Shown piece by piece: positions 34,504-44,909 of a DNA stretch of 64,000 nucleotides. Source of the DNA: Candidatus Acidiferrales bacterium (GTDB lineage Bacteria; Acidobacteriota; Terriglobia; Acidiferrales; UBA7541); contig DASYXV010000078.1 in NCBI GenBank assembly GCA_035934545.1, positions 34,232 through 98,231 of the forward strand. Reading direction: 5' to 3'. Numbering within the stretch: the stretch's first letter is position 1; each line of letters starts with the position of its first letter. Under the pieces are notes generated by a model. It saw nothing but the letters and a program-made list of their open reading frames with translations. It had not been told where the DNA came from and made no database searches. Position numbers and translations under genes: made by a program.

Positions 34504-35691
34504 ATGAGGGACGCAGTCATCGTCAGTTCCGTCCGAACAGCCGTCGGCAAAGCATACAAAGGAGCCCTGCGCACGACGCGCCCCGACGATTTGGCCGCCA
34601 CCGTGATACGCGAAGCTATCTCTCGCGTGAAGGGCCTCGACCCCAAGGAAATCGAAGACGTCATCCTTGGCTGCGCGATGCCTGAGGCCGAACAAGGCAT
34701 GAACGTCGCGCGCATCGCCTCGCTTCGCGCTGGACTCCCCGTCGAAATCTCCGCGATGACCATCAACCGCTTCTGCTCCTCCGGCTTGCAGGCTATCGCG
34801 CTGGCCTCCGAGCGCATCCGCTCCGGCGCCGCGGAAGTCATCGTCGCTGGCGGCACCGAATCCATGAGCCTCGTCCCCATGGGCGGCAACAAAATCTCGC
34901 CGAATCCCTGGCTGATGGACCATTATCCCGATGCGTATCTCGGCATGGGCCTGACCGCCGAAAACCTCGCGAAAAAATACGGCATCACGCGCGAACAGGC
35001 CGACGAATTTTCTTATCAAAGCCACCAGAAAGCCCTCGCCGCCATCGCCATGGGAAACTTCAAGGAAGAAGTCGTGCCCATCGAAGTCAGCATCACGGCA
35101 GTGGACAACACGAATGGCAATCGGCCGAAGACGACGAAGGCTACATTCGACACGGACGAAGGCCCGCGCGCCGATACCTCCATGGAGGCGCTCGCAAAGC
35201 TCAAGCCCGCATTTCACGCCCACGGCACAGTGACTGCTGGCAATAGTTCGCAGATGAGCGACGGCGCCGCCGCCGCGGTCGTGATGTCCGCCGAACGAGC
35301 CCGCGCTCTCGGCGCAAAACCTCTCGCGCGATTCGTCTCATTCGCGACGGCCGGATGTCCTCCCGAGGAAATGGGCGTCGGGCCAGTCTTCGCCATACCC
35401 AAAGCGCTCAAGCTGGCGAGCCTGAAACTCGATCAAATTGACGTCATCGAATTGAACGAGGCGTTCGCAACGCAGTCGCTCACCGTCATCAAGCTCGCCG
35501 AACTGGATCCCAAGCGCGTCAATCCCAATGGCGGCGCGGTCGCGCTGGGCCATCCGCTGGGCTGCACGGGCGCGAAGCTGACGGCAACGATTCTGCGTGA
35601 GCTCGCGCGGCGCAAAGCACGCTTCGGCATGGTGACAATGTGCATCGGCGGCGGCATGGGTGCGGCGGGAATTTTCGAGCGTGCGGCTTAA
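34504..35691 (+). CDS. Acetyl-CoA C-acyltransferase (thiolase)
   Basis: [21 protein letters not shown]-terminus, active-site [24 protein letters not shown] and CIGGGMG motifs. Start moved to ATG 34504. Confidence 0.9.
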   Translation: MRDAVIVSSVRTAVGKAYKGALRTTRPDDLAATVIREAISRVKGLDPKEIEDVILGCAMPEAEQGMNVARIASLRAGLPVEISAMTINRFCSSGLQAIALASERIRSGAAEVIVAGGTESMSLVPMGGNKISPNPWLMDHYPDAYLGMGLTAENLAKKYGITREQADEFSYQSHQKALAAIAMGNFKEEVVPIEVSITAVDNTNGNRPKTTKATFDTDEGPRADTSMEALAKLKPAFHAHGTVTAGNSSQMSDGAAAAVVMSAERARALGAKPLARFVSFATAGCPPEEMGVGPVFAIPKALKLASLKLDQIDVIELNEAFATQSLTVIKLAELDPKRVNPNGGAVALGHPLGCTGAKLTATILRELARRKARFGMVTMCIGGGMGAAGIFERAA

Positions 35692-35774
35692 TTTACTTGA
35701 GTGAATGGATCGCACCGAGCGTAAGCTATCGTTCAGAGAGGGTTCTTGAAGAATTGAACTGAGGAAGGACCACA

Positions 35775-36695
35775 ATGGGGGTCAAGAAAGTTCATCTGCT
35801 TTTGGCATTGGCGCCATTTTTGCCGTGTGGCAAAGCGTTTAGCTCGCCGAGACCAGTCGTATCCGCCGTATCGATCCAGGAAGGGTACGCGACAACGAGC
35901 GACGCGATACGCATTCATTACCTCGAATCTGGCGACGCCACCTCGGCGCGAGCGCTTGTGTTGATTCCGGGCTGGCGATTGCCTGCGTACCTGTGGAACG
36001 AGCAGCTCGAGAAATTTTCATCGAGCCTCCGCGTCATCGCCGTTGATCCCCGCTCGCAGGGCGAATCCACCAAGACGCAGGACGGAAACACGCCGGAGTC
36101 CCGCGCCAGGGATTTGCACGATGTTCTCGCCAGCCTGAAGATATCGCGCTGCGTCCTGGTAGGATGGTCGCAGGGCGCTCAGGATGTCGCCGCTTATGTA
36201 CAGCAATTCGGGACAGACTCGCTGGCCGGACTGGTATTCGTGGATAGCACCGTTTCGGCCGGCCCGGCGGCGATCGAAATTCACAAGGAAGCCAGCAAGA
36301 GCGCGTTGACGAATATCGCCACATACGCGAACTTTCCACGCGACCAGTCCGAAGGAATGGTGCGATATATATTCAAGCAGCCTCACCCGGAACTGGATAT
36401 GGGCAAGATTGTCGATTTCACTTTGCAAACGCCTACCGCTATCGGTGTCGCGATGCTCACGGCGGATATGTTTGGCGCGGATCGATGGTCAGCGCTGGCG
36501 AAGATGAACAAACCGACGCTGGTGATTGCCTCCGCCGATTCCCCGGAGTTAGATGGAGAGAAAGCGATGGCCGCGGCGATTGCGGGAGCCGAGTTCATGG
36601 CGGTTCAGGGGGCAGGGCACGCCGTCTTTGTGGATCAGCCCGGGAGGTTCGACCACGCACTTGAGGAATTTCTTCGAACGAACGCACAGTGGTAG
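35775..36695 (+). CDS. Secreted alpha/beta-fold hydrolase
   Basis: GAGGAAGGA SD and a signal peptide. Nucleophile elbow is of GWSQG type (VLVGWSQGAQ). C-terminal GAGHAVFVDQP supplies the histidine. Confidence 0.75.
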   Translation: MGVKKVHLLLALAPFLPCGKAFSSPRPVVSAVSIQEGYATTSDAIRIHYLESGDATSARALVLIPGWRLPAYLWNEQLEKFSSSLRVIAVDPRSQGESTKTQDGNTPESRARDLHDVLASLKISRCVLVGWSQGAQDVAAYVQQFGTDSLAGLVFVDSTVSAGPAAIEIHKEASKSALTNIATYANFPRDQSEGMVRYIFKQPHPELDMGKIVDFTLQTPTAIGVAMLTADMFGADRWSALAKMNKPTLVIASADSPELDGEKAMAAAIAGAEFMAVQGAGHAVFVDQPGRFDHALEEFLRTNAQW

Positions 36696-36718
36696 GCTAG
36701 GCATGTCGAGGAGTTGAG

Positions 36719-38518
<1,800 letters not shown>

Positions 38519-39339
38519 GTCCGGTGCGCAAGAGGGTCCGGCCTGCTCGTCCGCGCCGAGGGAAGCGCCCACGGACGAAAAAACCTCGCCGCGACTCTGC
38601 CGCATGGATTCGGTCGCTCGCGGCCCCTTATCTTCAAGACTACAAACCAGTTAGAGTCAGCGACGGCTTGCTGAACGGCTTCTGGTTCTGCGCTCCGGCA
38701 TTGCGATCCTCGCCCAGTTCTTCTTCACACAAGTCAGGCACGCCACCCACGCGAGGCCAGTCGGCGGGTTTCTTTGTCGGTTACTTCGAGTCCGCCGGCG
38801 AGTTCGCCTTCCTCGGTCTGCAGCCACCCGAGTGCGTCGTTTTCGCATGGGTCCATCCTGTCGGCGGAAAACTCCACAAACATTTGGTTTTCACGAAAGG
38901 GAGTCTCCTTCGCCTGACGTTTGAATACATCCGCTGGCTCACGCACCGGCCGCCGCGCTTCGTCTTCCATGATGCGAAATTGCCGGCGATGACGCGTCAT
39001 CAATCCATGCAAGATTGGCCGAAGGAAAAGCGCGCGCACCTGTCGAGAAATTTTTTCATTGAGACGCTGGCCTGGCTCGTGCGCGGCGGATTGGTGCGCA
39101 AGCTGCGCGAAGAAGCTACTTAGAAACTATCCGCGAAATCGTTTCTGATGGTCCGACACCTCGTCTCGACAGACCTTGCGCTCCGCGCCTGCCGCAAACT
39201 CTCGCACAATCTCGGAACTCAGCTTCCCGAATTCGTTTTGGCGGCGCATGGCTTTTTTGTAAGTCGCACAGATTCGGGAGTTTGGCATAGGGCCTTCCGG
39301 CACTTCAGTTGCATCTAATGGAGTGCAGGGGGGAAGTTG

Positions 39340-39642
39340 ATGGAAGAATATCTCAAGAGAGTACCGAAGTGGGTTTGGTGGGGCGTCGCGGCACTGATTG
39401 CTTTTCAGATTTATTTGTTTCGTGAACTAGTTGCTGCAGAGCTTCTCTTCGCCGTTGGCTTCGCGGTTTTGCTGATCCTTTTTACCGCAATTTATGCGGT
39501 CGTTGTTGCGGCGGACCGCGGAGTGGGCTGGATTGAAGCGAACTCGCAGGTCGTCACGCAGCGGGCGAAGCAGCAGTGGAGCCGCCTGGAAACGCTCAGT
39601 AGAAAGCTATCCCGCCGTCAACATTCAGAGTCTGCCCCGTGA
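39340..39642 (+). CDS. Small two-TM membrane protein, hypothetical
   Basis: GGGGGGAAG SD before ATG 39340. Two hydrophobic helices followed by a basic tail. The 3' end overlaps the convergent SDR gene by 47 nt. Confidence 0.45.
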   Translation: MEEYLKRVPKWVWWGVAALIAFQIYLFRELVAAELLFAVGFAVLLILFTAIYAVVVAADRGVGWIEANSQVVTQRAKQQWSRLETLSRKLSRRQHSESAP

Positions 39643-40378
39643 TCGCGCTGGCATGAGGAGAGACCAAGAAAAGCGCGGCGTTGGCGATTTCTTCTGCGGT
39701 TTGCGGCCTTCCCTGGAGTATTCCCTCAAGATATTTCTGGAAGAGTTTTTCCGGGTCTGCATTTAACCGTCGGCCTAACGCCTTCCCCAGATTTTGCGAC
39801 ATCTCTGTCTCCGGCACAGGCCCGGGACAAATTGCATTGACGCGGACGCCTTTTCGGGCTGCCTCAGCAGCCAGCGTGCGTGTCAGTCCGACCAATCCCG
39901 CCTTCGACGCCGCGTAAGGGCCATTCCAAGGATAAGGAATCTTTGCCGATACGCTCGCAATGTTGAGAATCGCGCCGGAACCGCGAGCATACATTTCTGG
40001 CAGAGCAAGGCGTGAGAGCAGGAATGGGCCGCGGAGGTTTATGGCCAATACTTCGTCCCATTCGGCGGGCTCAATTTCCTCAATGGGCTTGACGGGGCCC
40101 AAGATTCCCGCATTGTTGACGAGGATATCCACGCTGCCGAATTTCTTTCCAGCTTCTTCGATGATCTTCCGACAGTCTGCTTCTTTTGAAACATCCGCAG
40201 GCATGGCTGCTGCCTTTTGTCTAGCCGCCTGAATTTCGGCCGCGACCGCATTCACTTCTCGGGCTGTCCGCGAGGCGAGAAAGACGGCGGCGCCTTCGGC
40301 TGCGAATTTGTGCGCGATGGCGCGTCCAATGCCTCGGCCAGCTCCCGTAATTACTGCAACTTTTCCATCAAGTAGCAC
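39596..40378 (-). CDS. Short-chain dehydrogenase/reductase (FabG-like)
   Basis: Contains GKVAVITGAGRGIGRAIA (TGxxxGxG), NNAG, YAASKAG (YxxxK) and C-terminal NVDGG. GTG 40378 was chosen. The longer ORF extension is not protein-like and would overlap ispH. Confidence 0.85.
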   Translation of the reverse strand: MLLDGKVAVITGAGRGIGRAIAHKFAAEGAAVFLASRTAREVNAVAAEIQAARQKAAAMPADVSKEADCRKIIEEAGKKFGSVDILVNNAGILGPVKPIEEIEPAEWDEVLAINLRGPFLLSRLALPEMYARGSGAILNIASVSAKIPYPWNGPYAASKAGLVGLTRTLAAEAARKGVRVNAICPGPVPETEMSQNLGKALGRRLNADPEKLFQKYLEGILQGRPQTAEEIANAALFLVSPHASAITGQTLNVDGGIAFY

Positions 40379-40520
40379 TGATTGCGGCCCCCCCCCCGAG
40401 ACGACGAAAGGCCAGAGAATATCATCAAAGAGTGGGCCCAAGTCATCTTTACGAAATTGAACGTCCGGCGAGCAAAAGCGGATGACGAAGAGCGCACGGA
40501 TGGGGTAACATAGGTGTTCT

Positions 40521-41510
40521 ATGGCAAAGGAATTGACGCAAATCCAGGGCAATGGGAATGGCAGAAAGGTGCTGGTGCGCGTCAGGCCGCGCGGATTTTG
40601 CGCGGGCGTGGTGCGCGCGGTGGACATCGTCGAACTGGCGCTGGAGGCCTACGGCGCGCCAGTGTACGTCCATCACGAGATCGTCCATAACCGCTACGTG
40701 GTGGAGCAGTTGCGACAGCGCGGAGCGATATTCGTGGAATCGATCGGCGAGGTGCCACGCGGCGCGGTGCTGGTCTTCAGCGCGCACGGCGTGCCGCCGC
40801 GAGTCCGCGAAGAAGCGACGGAGCGCGAGCTACGCGTGATTGACGCGACATGCCCGCTGGTCACGAAGGTCCACCTGGAGGCGCGGAAATTCGCGCGCGA
40901 AGGGCGCACACTGATATTGATTGGCCATCGCGACCACCAGGAAATCGTGGGCACTTCCGGCGAAGCGCCTTTGCAGACAGTGGTCGTTGGGAGCGTCGAG
41001 GAAGTGGATCAGCTCGAGATGGAAAATCCGGAGCGGCTGGCTTACTTGACGCAGACGACGCTGAGCCTTTACGACACGCAGGAAATCGTGACGCGCTTGC
41101 GGCAGAGATTTCCAATGATTGCCGGACCAGCTTCGGACGATATTTGCTACGCGACGCAGAACCGGCAAGAAGCCGTCGAGGCGCTAACGCGAGAGGTGGA
41201 GTTAATCCTGGTGGTCGGTTCGGCGAACAGCTCAAATTCGAACCGGCTGGTGGAAGTTTCCCAGCGGGCGGGAGTGGCGGCGCGGCTGATCGAAGACGCG
41301 AACGATGTCCAGCCGGGGTGGCTGGAGGGAGTCTCCCGTTTGGGGCTAACGGCCGGAGCATCGGCGCCGGAGATTCTGGTTGAGCAAGTGAGCCAGCGCC
41401 TGGCGAATTTCGGTTTCACCGATCAGCGGGATCTCGACCTGATCCGCGAAGATGTTCGGTTCACGCTGCCTCCGGAACTTGCTGCACAGAGAAAACCCGT
41501 AGCAAGGTAG
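40521..41510 (+). CDS. ispH: 4-hydroxy-3-methylbut-2-enyl diphosphate reductase
   Basis: Contains RGFCAGVVRAV, HEIVHNRYVV, ATCPLVTKVH and SSNSNRL, the conserved IspH/LytB motifs including three Cys ligand contexts. Confidence 0.9.
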   Translation: MAKELTQIQGNGNGRKVLVRVRPRGFCAGVVRAVDIVELALEAYGAPVYVHHEIVHNRYVVEQLRQRGAIFVESIGEVPRGAVLVFSAHGVPPRVREEATERELRVIDATCPLVTKVHLEARKFAREGRTLILIGHRDHQEIVGTSGEAPLQTVVVGSVEEVDQLEMENPERLAYLTQTTLSLYDTQEIVTRLRQRFPMIAGPASDDICYATQNRQEAVEALTREVELILVVGSANSSNSNRLVEVSQRAGVAARLIEDANDVQPGWLEGVSRLGLTAGASAPEILVEQVSQRLANFGFTDQRDLDLIREDVRFTLPPELAAQRKPVAR

Positions 41511-41555
41511 TTTGAACGGCATTTCGCGAAAAATTTCCATCTAAGGAGCGTTTTT

Positions 41556-42596
41556 ATGGCGTTGCGAATCGTGCGCCAGCCGAAGCAGATCGTGTTGCTG
41601 GGTGCGCCAACGAGCGCGGCCGCTCTCGCCGCAGGCCATGAAAAGGCTCCGCAGGCGCTGCGCGCCGCCGGACTGACGGAAAAGCTTCAGTCGCTGGGGT
41701 ACACGGTGACCGACGTGGGCGACGATCCGGTGGAGATGTATAGGCCGGATGAGGAAAGCCCGCGGGCAAGAAACGTGAATCGCGTGGTCGCCGCGCTCGA
41801 AGCGCTGAGACCGCGCGTGGAAGTGGCAGTCAAGACCGGCGGGCTCCCGCTGATTCTCACTGGAGATTGCTCGTCCGCGCTGGCGACGATCGCGGGCGTG
41901 CGGCGATACTACCGCGGCGCGAGCATCATTTACATGGACCGCGACGCGGACCTGAATATTCCCGCGACATCTCCATCCGGCTGCGTGGACGGCATGGTCG
42001 TCTCCCACCTGACCGGGCGCGGCGCGGCGGAGATGATTCGCTTCTGGAGCGAGCCGCCGCTGGTTCGAGACCCGGAGGTGGCGCTGTTCGGAGTTGACCG
42101 CCTGGACCAGCCGGAAGAGGAATTACTCGCGCGCGTGCCCATCCGGTTGTTCCGCGCGGCGGACATCGAGCGAACAGGCGCAGTTGCCGCCGCGGAGAAG
42201 GCTGTCGAACGCGTTCATGGCAGCCGGAACGAATTGGTAGTACACCTCGACGTGGACGTTATCGCGAGCGAGGATTTTGACGCAACTGACTTGCCGGGCT
42301 CGGGCGGGTTGCGGCTTGAGCAGGTGCGGCAGGCGCTGGAAATTTTTCTGCGGCAGCCGCGACTCGTGGCGCTGGAAGTCGCCGCGTATAATCCCGAGCG
42401 CGATAGCGAAGGACGCGGCGCAAAGATTGTGATTGATTTGATTGCCGCAGCGTTGAGCGCGCGGCTCGAAGCTCAAGCGCAAGTGGCAAGCGCCGCGAGC
42501 GCAGCGGCTTCGCCTGCCGCAGCCGCTCCCGCAGAAGTTGCCGCGAATTCATCGCCAGAGGAAGTTGCGCCAGCCTCCGGCGAGAGTGCTTCCTGA
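41556..42596 (+). CDS. Arginase/agmatinase/formiminoglutamase-family ureohydrolase with Ala-rich C-terminal tail
   Basis: AAGGAG SD. Metal-binding motif contexts ..YMDRDADLN.. and ..VVHLDVDVI... The low-complexity tail is AQVASAASAAASPAAAAPAE. Confidence 0.7.
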   Translation: MALRIVRQPKQIVLLGAPTSAAALAAGHEKAPQALRAAGLTEKLQSLGYTVTDVGDDPVEMYRPDEESPRARNVNRVVAALEALRPRVEVAVKTGGLPLILTGDCSSALATIAGVRRYYRGASIIYMDRDADLNIPATSPSGCVDGMVVSHLTGRGAAEMIRFWSEPPLVRDPEVALFGVDRLDQPEEELLARVPIRLFRAADIERTGAVAAAEKAVERVHGSRNELVVHLDVDVIASEDFDATDLPGSGGLRLEQVRQALEIFLRQPRLVALEVAAYNPERDSEGRGAKIVIDLIAAALSARLEAQAQVASAASAAASPAAAAPAEVAANSSPEEVAPASGESAS

Positions 42597-42668
42597 CACC
42601 TTTTGTGCCTCTCGTATTCATTGTGACCTCTCTCCTAAGCCAACCTCTTATTGACATTGCTCCGGGTG

Positions 42669-43751
42669 ATGGGCGATGAACGAGTTCCTGGGAGTCATCC
42701 GTTGAAAAGAGGCATCGAGCCGCGGCGAGGGCTGGCGCGCGCACCGATATCGCTGCCCGAGAATCGCAAAGGGAAGCTGCGCCTGGATATGAACGAGAGC
42801 GCGCTCGGGTGCTCGCCGCGGGTCCGCGCCGCTTTGCGCCACCTTGATGCCGAGAGCCTGGCGATGTATCCGGAAAAAGGAGTTGCCATAGCGCGAATGG
42901 CGCCTTACTTCGGCATTCGTCCGCCGGAAATGCTTCTGAGTAATGGCATTGATGATGCGTTGCGGCTGATCGCCGACGCGTTTCTGGAACCCAGAGACTC
43001 CGTGCTGCTCGTCGAGCCGACTTTTCCGATGTATCGCTTCTTCGCGGAGCAGCGAGATGCGCGCGTGCGTTCGTTGCGCTATGACCACGCGCTGCAGTTT
43101 CCGCTCGAAGGCGCGATTGACGCGTTGCGAGCCAGTCCATCGATCTTCTTTCTGGCAAATCCGAATAATCCGACGGGGACGCTGTTGGCGAAGAGTGACC
43201 TGAAGAAAATCTTGAATGCAGCAAAGCACACACTCGTGATTGTGGATGAGGCTTACTACGAATTCGCGGGCGTGACCGCATTGCCATGGATTCGGCTTTA
43301 CAAAAATCTCATCGTCACGCGGACGTTTTCCAAAGTGACGGGCCTCGCGGGATTGCGGCTCGGTTGCATTTTCGCGCATCGAGAAGTCGCCCAGGTGCTG
43401 CGCAGGGCGGAATCGCCATTCCCCGTGAGCATAGCTGCGATTGCCGCTGCCGAAGCCGCGTTACGCGATCGCGCGTTCATTCGCCGAAGCGCGAGGCAGA
43501 TTGTCCGCAATCGCCAGTATCTGGAGGATAGGTTGGTACGGCTTGGCGCAAAGGTGACGCCGAGCGCAGCGAATTTTGTTCTGGCAGACTTTGGAGCACG
43601 GGCGCCGCGAATCGTAAGTGCGCTGGCACGCAAGACAATTCTGGTACGCGATTTTGCGCACGCATTTGGGCGGCCGGGCTTCGTGCGCATCACGGTGGGG
43701 ACGAGGGCCCAGATGAAGCGGCTGCTGGCCGCGTTGGAGCGGCTCATTTGA
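42669..43751 (+). CDS. hisC: Histidinol-phosphate aminotransferase
   Basis: Contains KLRLDMNESALGCSP (LnxNEnp), NPNNPTG and the PLP-lysine context RTFSKVTGLAGLRLG. The start is ambiguous (TTG 42651, GTG 42666 or ATG 42669). Confidence 0.85.
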   Translation: MGDERVPGSHPLKRGIEPRRGLARAPISLPENRKGKLRLDMNESALGCSPRVRAALRHLDAESLAMYPEKGVAIARMAPYFGIRPPEMLLSNGIDDALRLIADAFLEPRDSVLLVEPTFPMYRFFAEQRDARVRSLRYDHALQFPLEGAIDALRASPSIFFLANPNNPTGTLLAKSDLKKILNAAKHTLVIVDEAYYEFAGVTALPWIRLYKNLIVTRTFSKVTGLAGLRLGCIFAHREVAQVLRRAESPFPVSIAAIAAAEAALRDRAFIRRSARQIVRNRQYLEDRLVRLGAKVTPSAANFVLADFGARAPRIVSALARKTILVRDFAHAFGRPGFVRITVGTRAQMKRLLAALERLI

Positions 43752-44476
43752 AAGTGCTGAAGGCTCCGAAGAGCGAGGCCCACGCTTATGAACTGATCAT
43801 TTTCGATGTGGACGGCGTGCTCGTGGACGTGCGCGAGTCATATCAACGAACCGTGCTCGAAACGATTTTGAGGATCACGGGGAAGCGAGTGTCGCGCAAG
43901 GAATTGCATGAGTGGAAGAACCGGCCGGGATTCAATGACGATTGGAAGCTGACGCACGCATGGGCGAGAGAGCTCGGCAGCAAGCTCGACTACGCGGCAG
44001 TGAAGAAACACTTCGAGGCGATTTACTGGGGCGACCACAATGGCAGTGGAAACGTGTCGCGGGAACGCTGGCAGCTGTCACATTCGCAAATACGGCGGCT
44101 GGCGAACCGAGCCGAATTGGCGATATTCACGGGCCGGACGCGAGATGAGCTCGATCACACGCTCGAACGATTCGATGTGCGCAAATTTTTCAGTCGCATC
44201 GTGACCGTGGAGGACGTGACGAGGCCGAAGCCGGAGCCTGACGGGTTGATGCAAATTCTCGATGGCCGGCTGGCATCTCTGGCGCTCTATGCAGGAGATA
44301 ACGTCGACGATGCGGCGGCTGCGCGCACGGCAGGCGTTGCATTTGTGGGAGTCCTTCCGGCGCGAAGCGAGGAACGACGGATTCGCGCGGCGCGACTGCT
44401 GGAGCTCGGAGCGAAGACCATATTCAGTAAAGCTGGAGAAATAGAAAAATGGATTGATTTGCGGCCGCACGCGTAG
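43748..44476 (+). CDS. HAD-superfamily hydrolase (subfamily I, cap-containing)
   Basis: Motif I IIFDVDGVLVD, motif II IFTGR and motif IV GDNVDD. Its start overlaps the hisC stop (TTG 43748, or GTG 43754). Confidence 0.75.
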   Translation: MKVLKAPKSEAHAYELIIFDVDGVLVDVRESYQRTVLETILRITGKRVSRKELHEWKNRPGFNDDWKLTHAWARELGSKLDYAAVKKHFEAIYWGDHNGSGNVSRERWQLSHSQIRRLANRAELAIFTGRTRDELDHTLERFDVRKFFSRIVTVEDVTRPKPEPDGLMQILDGRLASLALYAGDNVDDAAAARTAGVAFVGVLPARSEERRIRAARLLELGAKTIFSKAGEIEKWIDLRPHA

Positions 44477-44618
44477 GGCCGGCTGGTTCACGAACGATCC
44501 GCCCTTCATCTCGTTCATCATAGAAAGCAATTCGGGACGCAAGAGCTCATTCCCTCGGATTCCTGACGCATGGCGATATTGCAGGAACTGGTTTGATGCG
44601 GTAGGTTTGAAACGAAGA

Positions 44619-44706
44619 GCCCGGGTGGCGGAATGGCATACGCGGGGGACTTAAAATCCCCTGTCCCTCACGGGACGTGTGGGTTCGACCCCCACCCCGG
44701 GTACCA
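44619..44706 (+). tRNA. tRNA-Leu (anticodon UAA), class II with long variable arm, CCA encoded
   Basis: Acceptor GCCCGGG/CCCGGGT, anticodon arm GGGGA-CTTAAAA-TCCCC, variable stem GTCCC/GGGAC and T-arm GTGGG-TTCGACC-CCCAC. The overall layout matches E. coli tRNA-Leu(UAA). Confidence 0.9.
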
Positions 44707-44909
44707 AGATCCCCTCCTTGTTCGGCGCCGATTGGTGAGTCTCTGCTGAGCCTCGAAGAAACGTCCGGACTCGAGACTCGCAGCGTTCCCTTGAAAATAT
44801 TTTGTGCAGGGCGTAACGTTCGCTGCGCAACTTATATTCCGTACAGAATCTTGGCGTCCGATCTCTGCTTGCTGGATGAGTGGCGGCCGCTTGGCTAAGG
44901 GTGGAACTC

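Noticed and set aside
39596-40627. Full 343-aa version of the SDR ORF
   Set aside because: The 83-aa N-terminal extension is not protein-like and would overlap the divergent ispH start. SDRs begin just before the TGxxxGxG motif, and a GTG with an upstream purine run exists at 40378.
42259-43379. 342-aa and 243-aa minus-strand ORFs
   Set aside because: Both are antisense to the ureohydrolase and hisC genes. hisC carries the NEnp, NPNNPTG and SK-lysine motifs on the plus strand.
44707-44909. Search for a duplicated tRNA-Leu 3' end (att site) or integrase downstream of the tRNA
   Set aside because: No repeat of the tRNA 3' segment was noticed in the following kilobases, and no integrase or excisionase gene is in the window.
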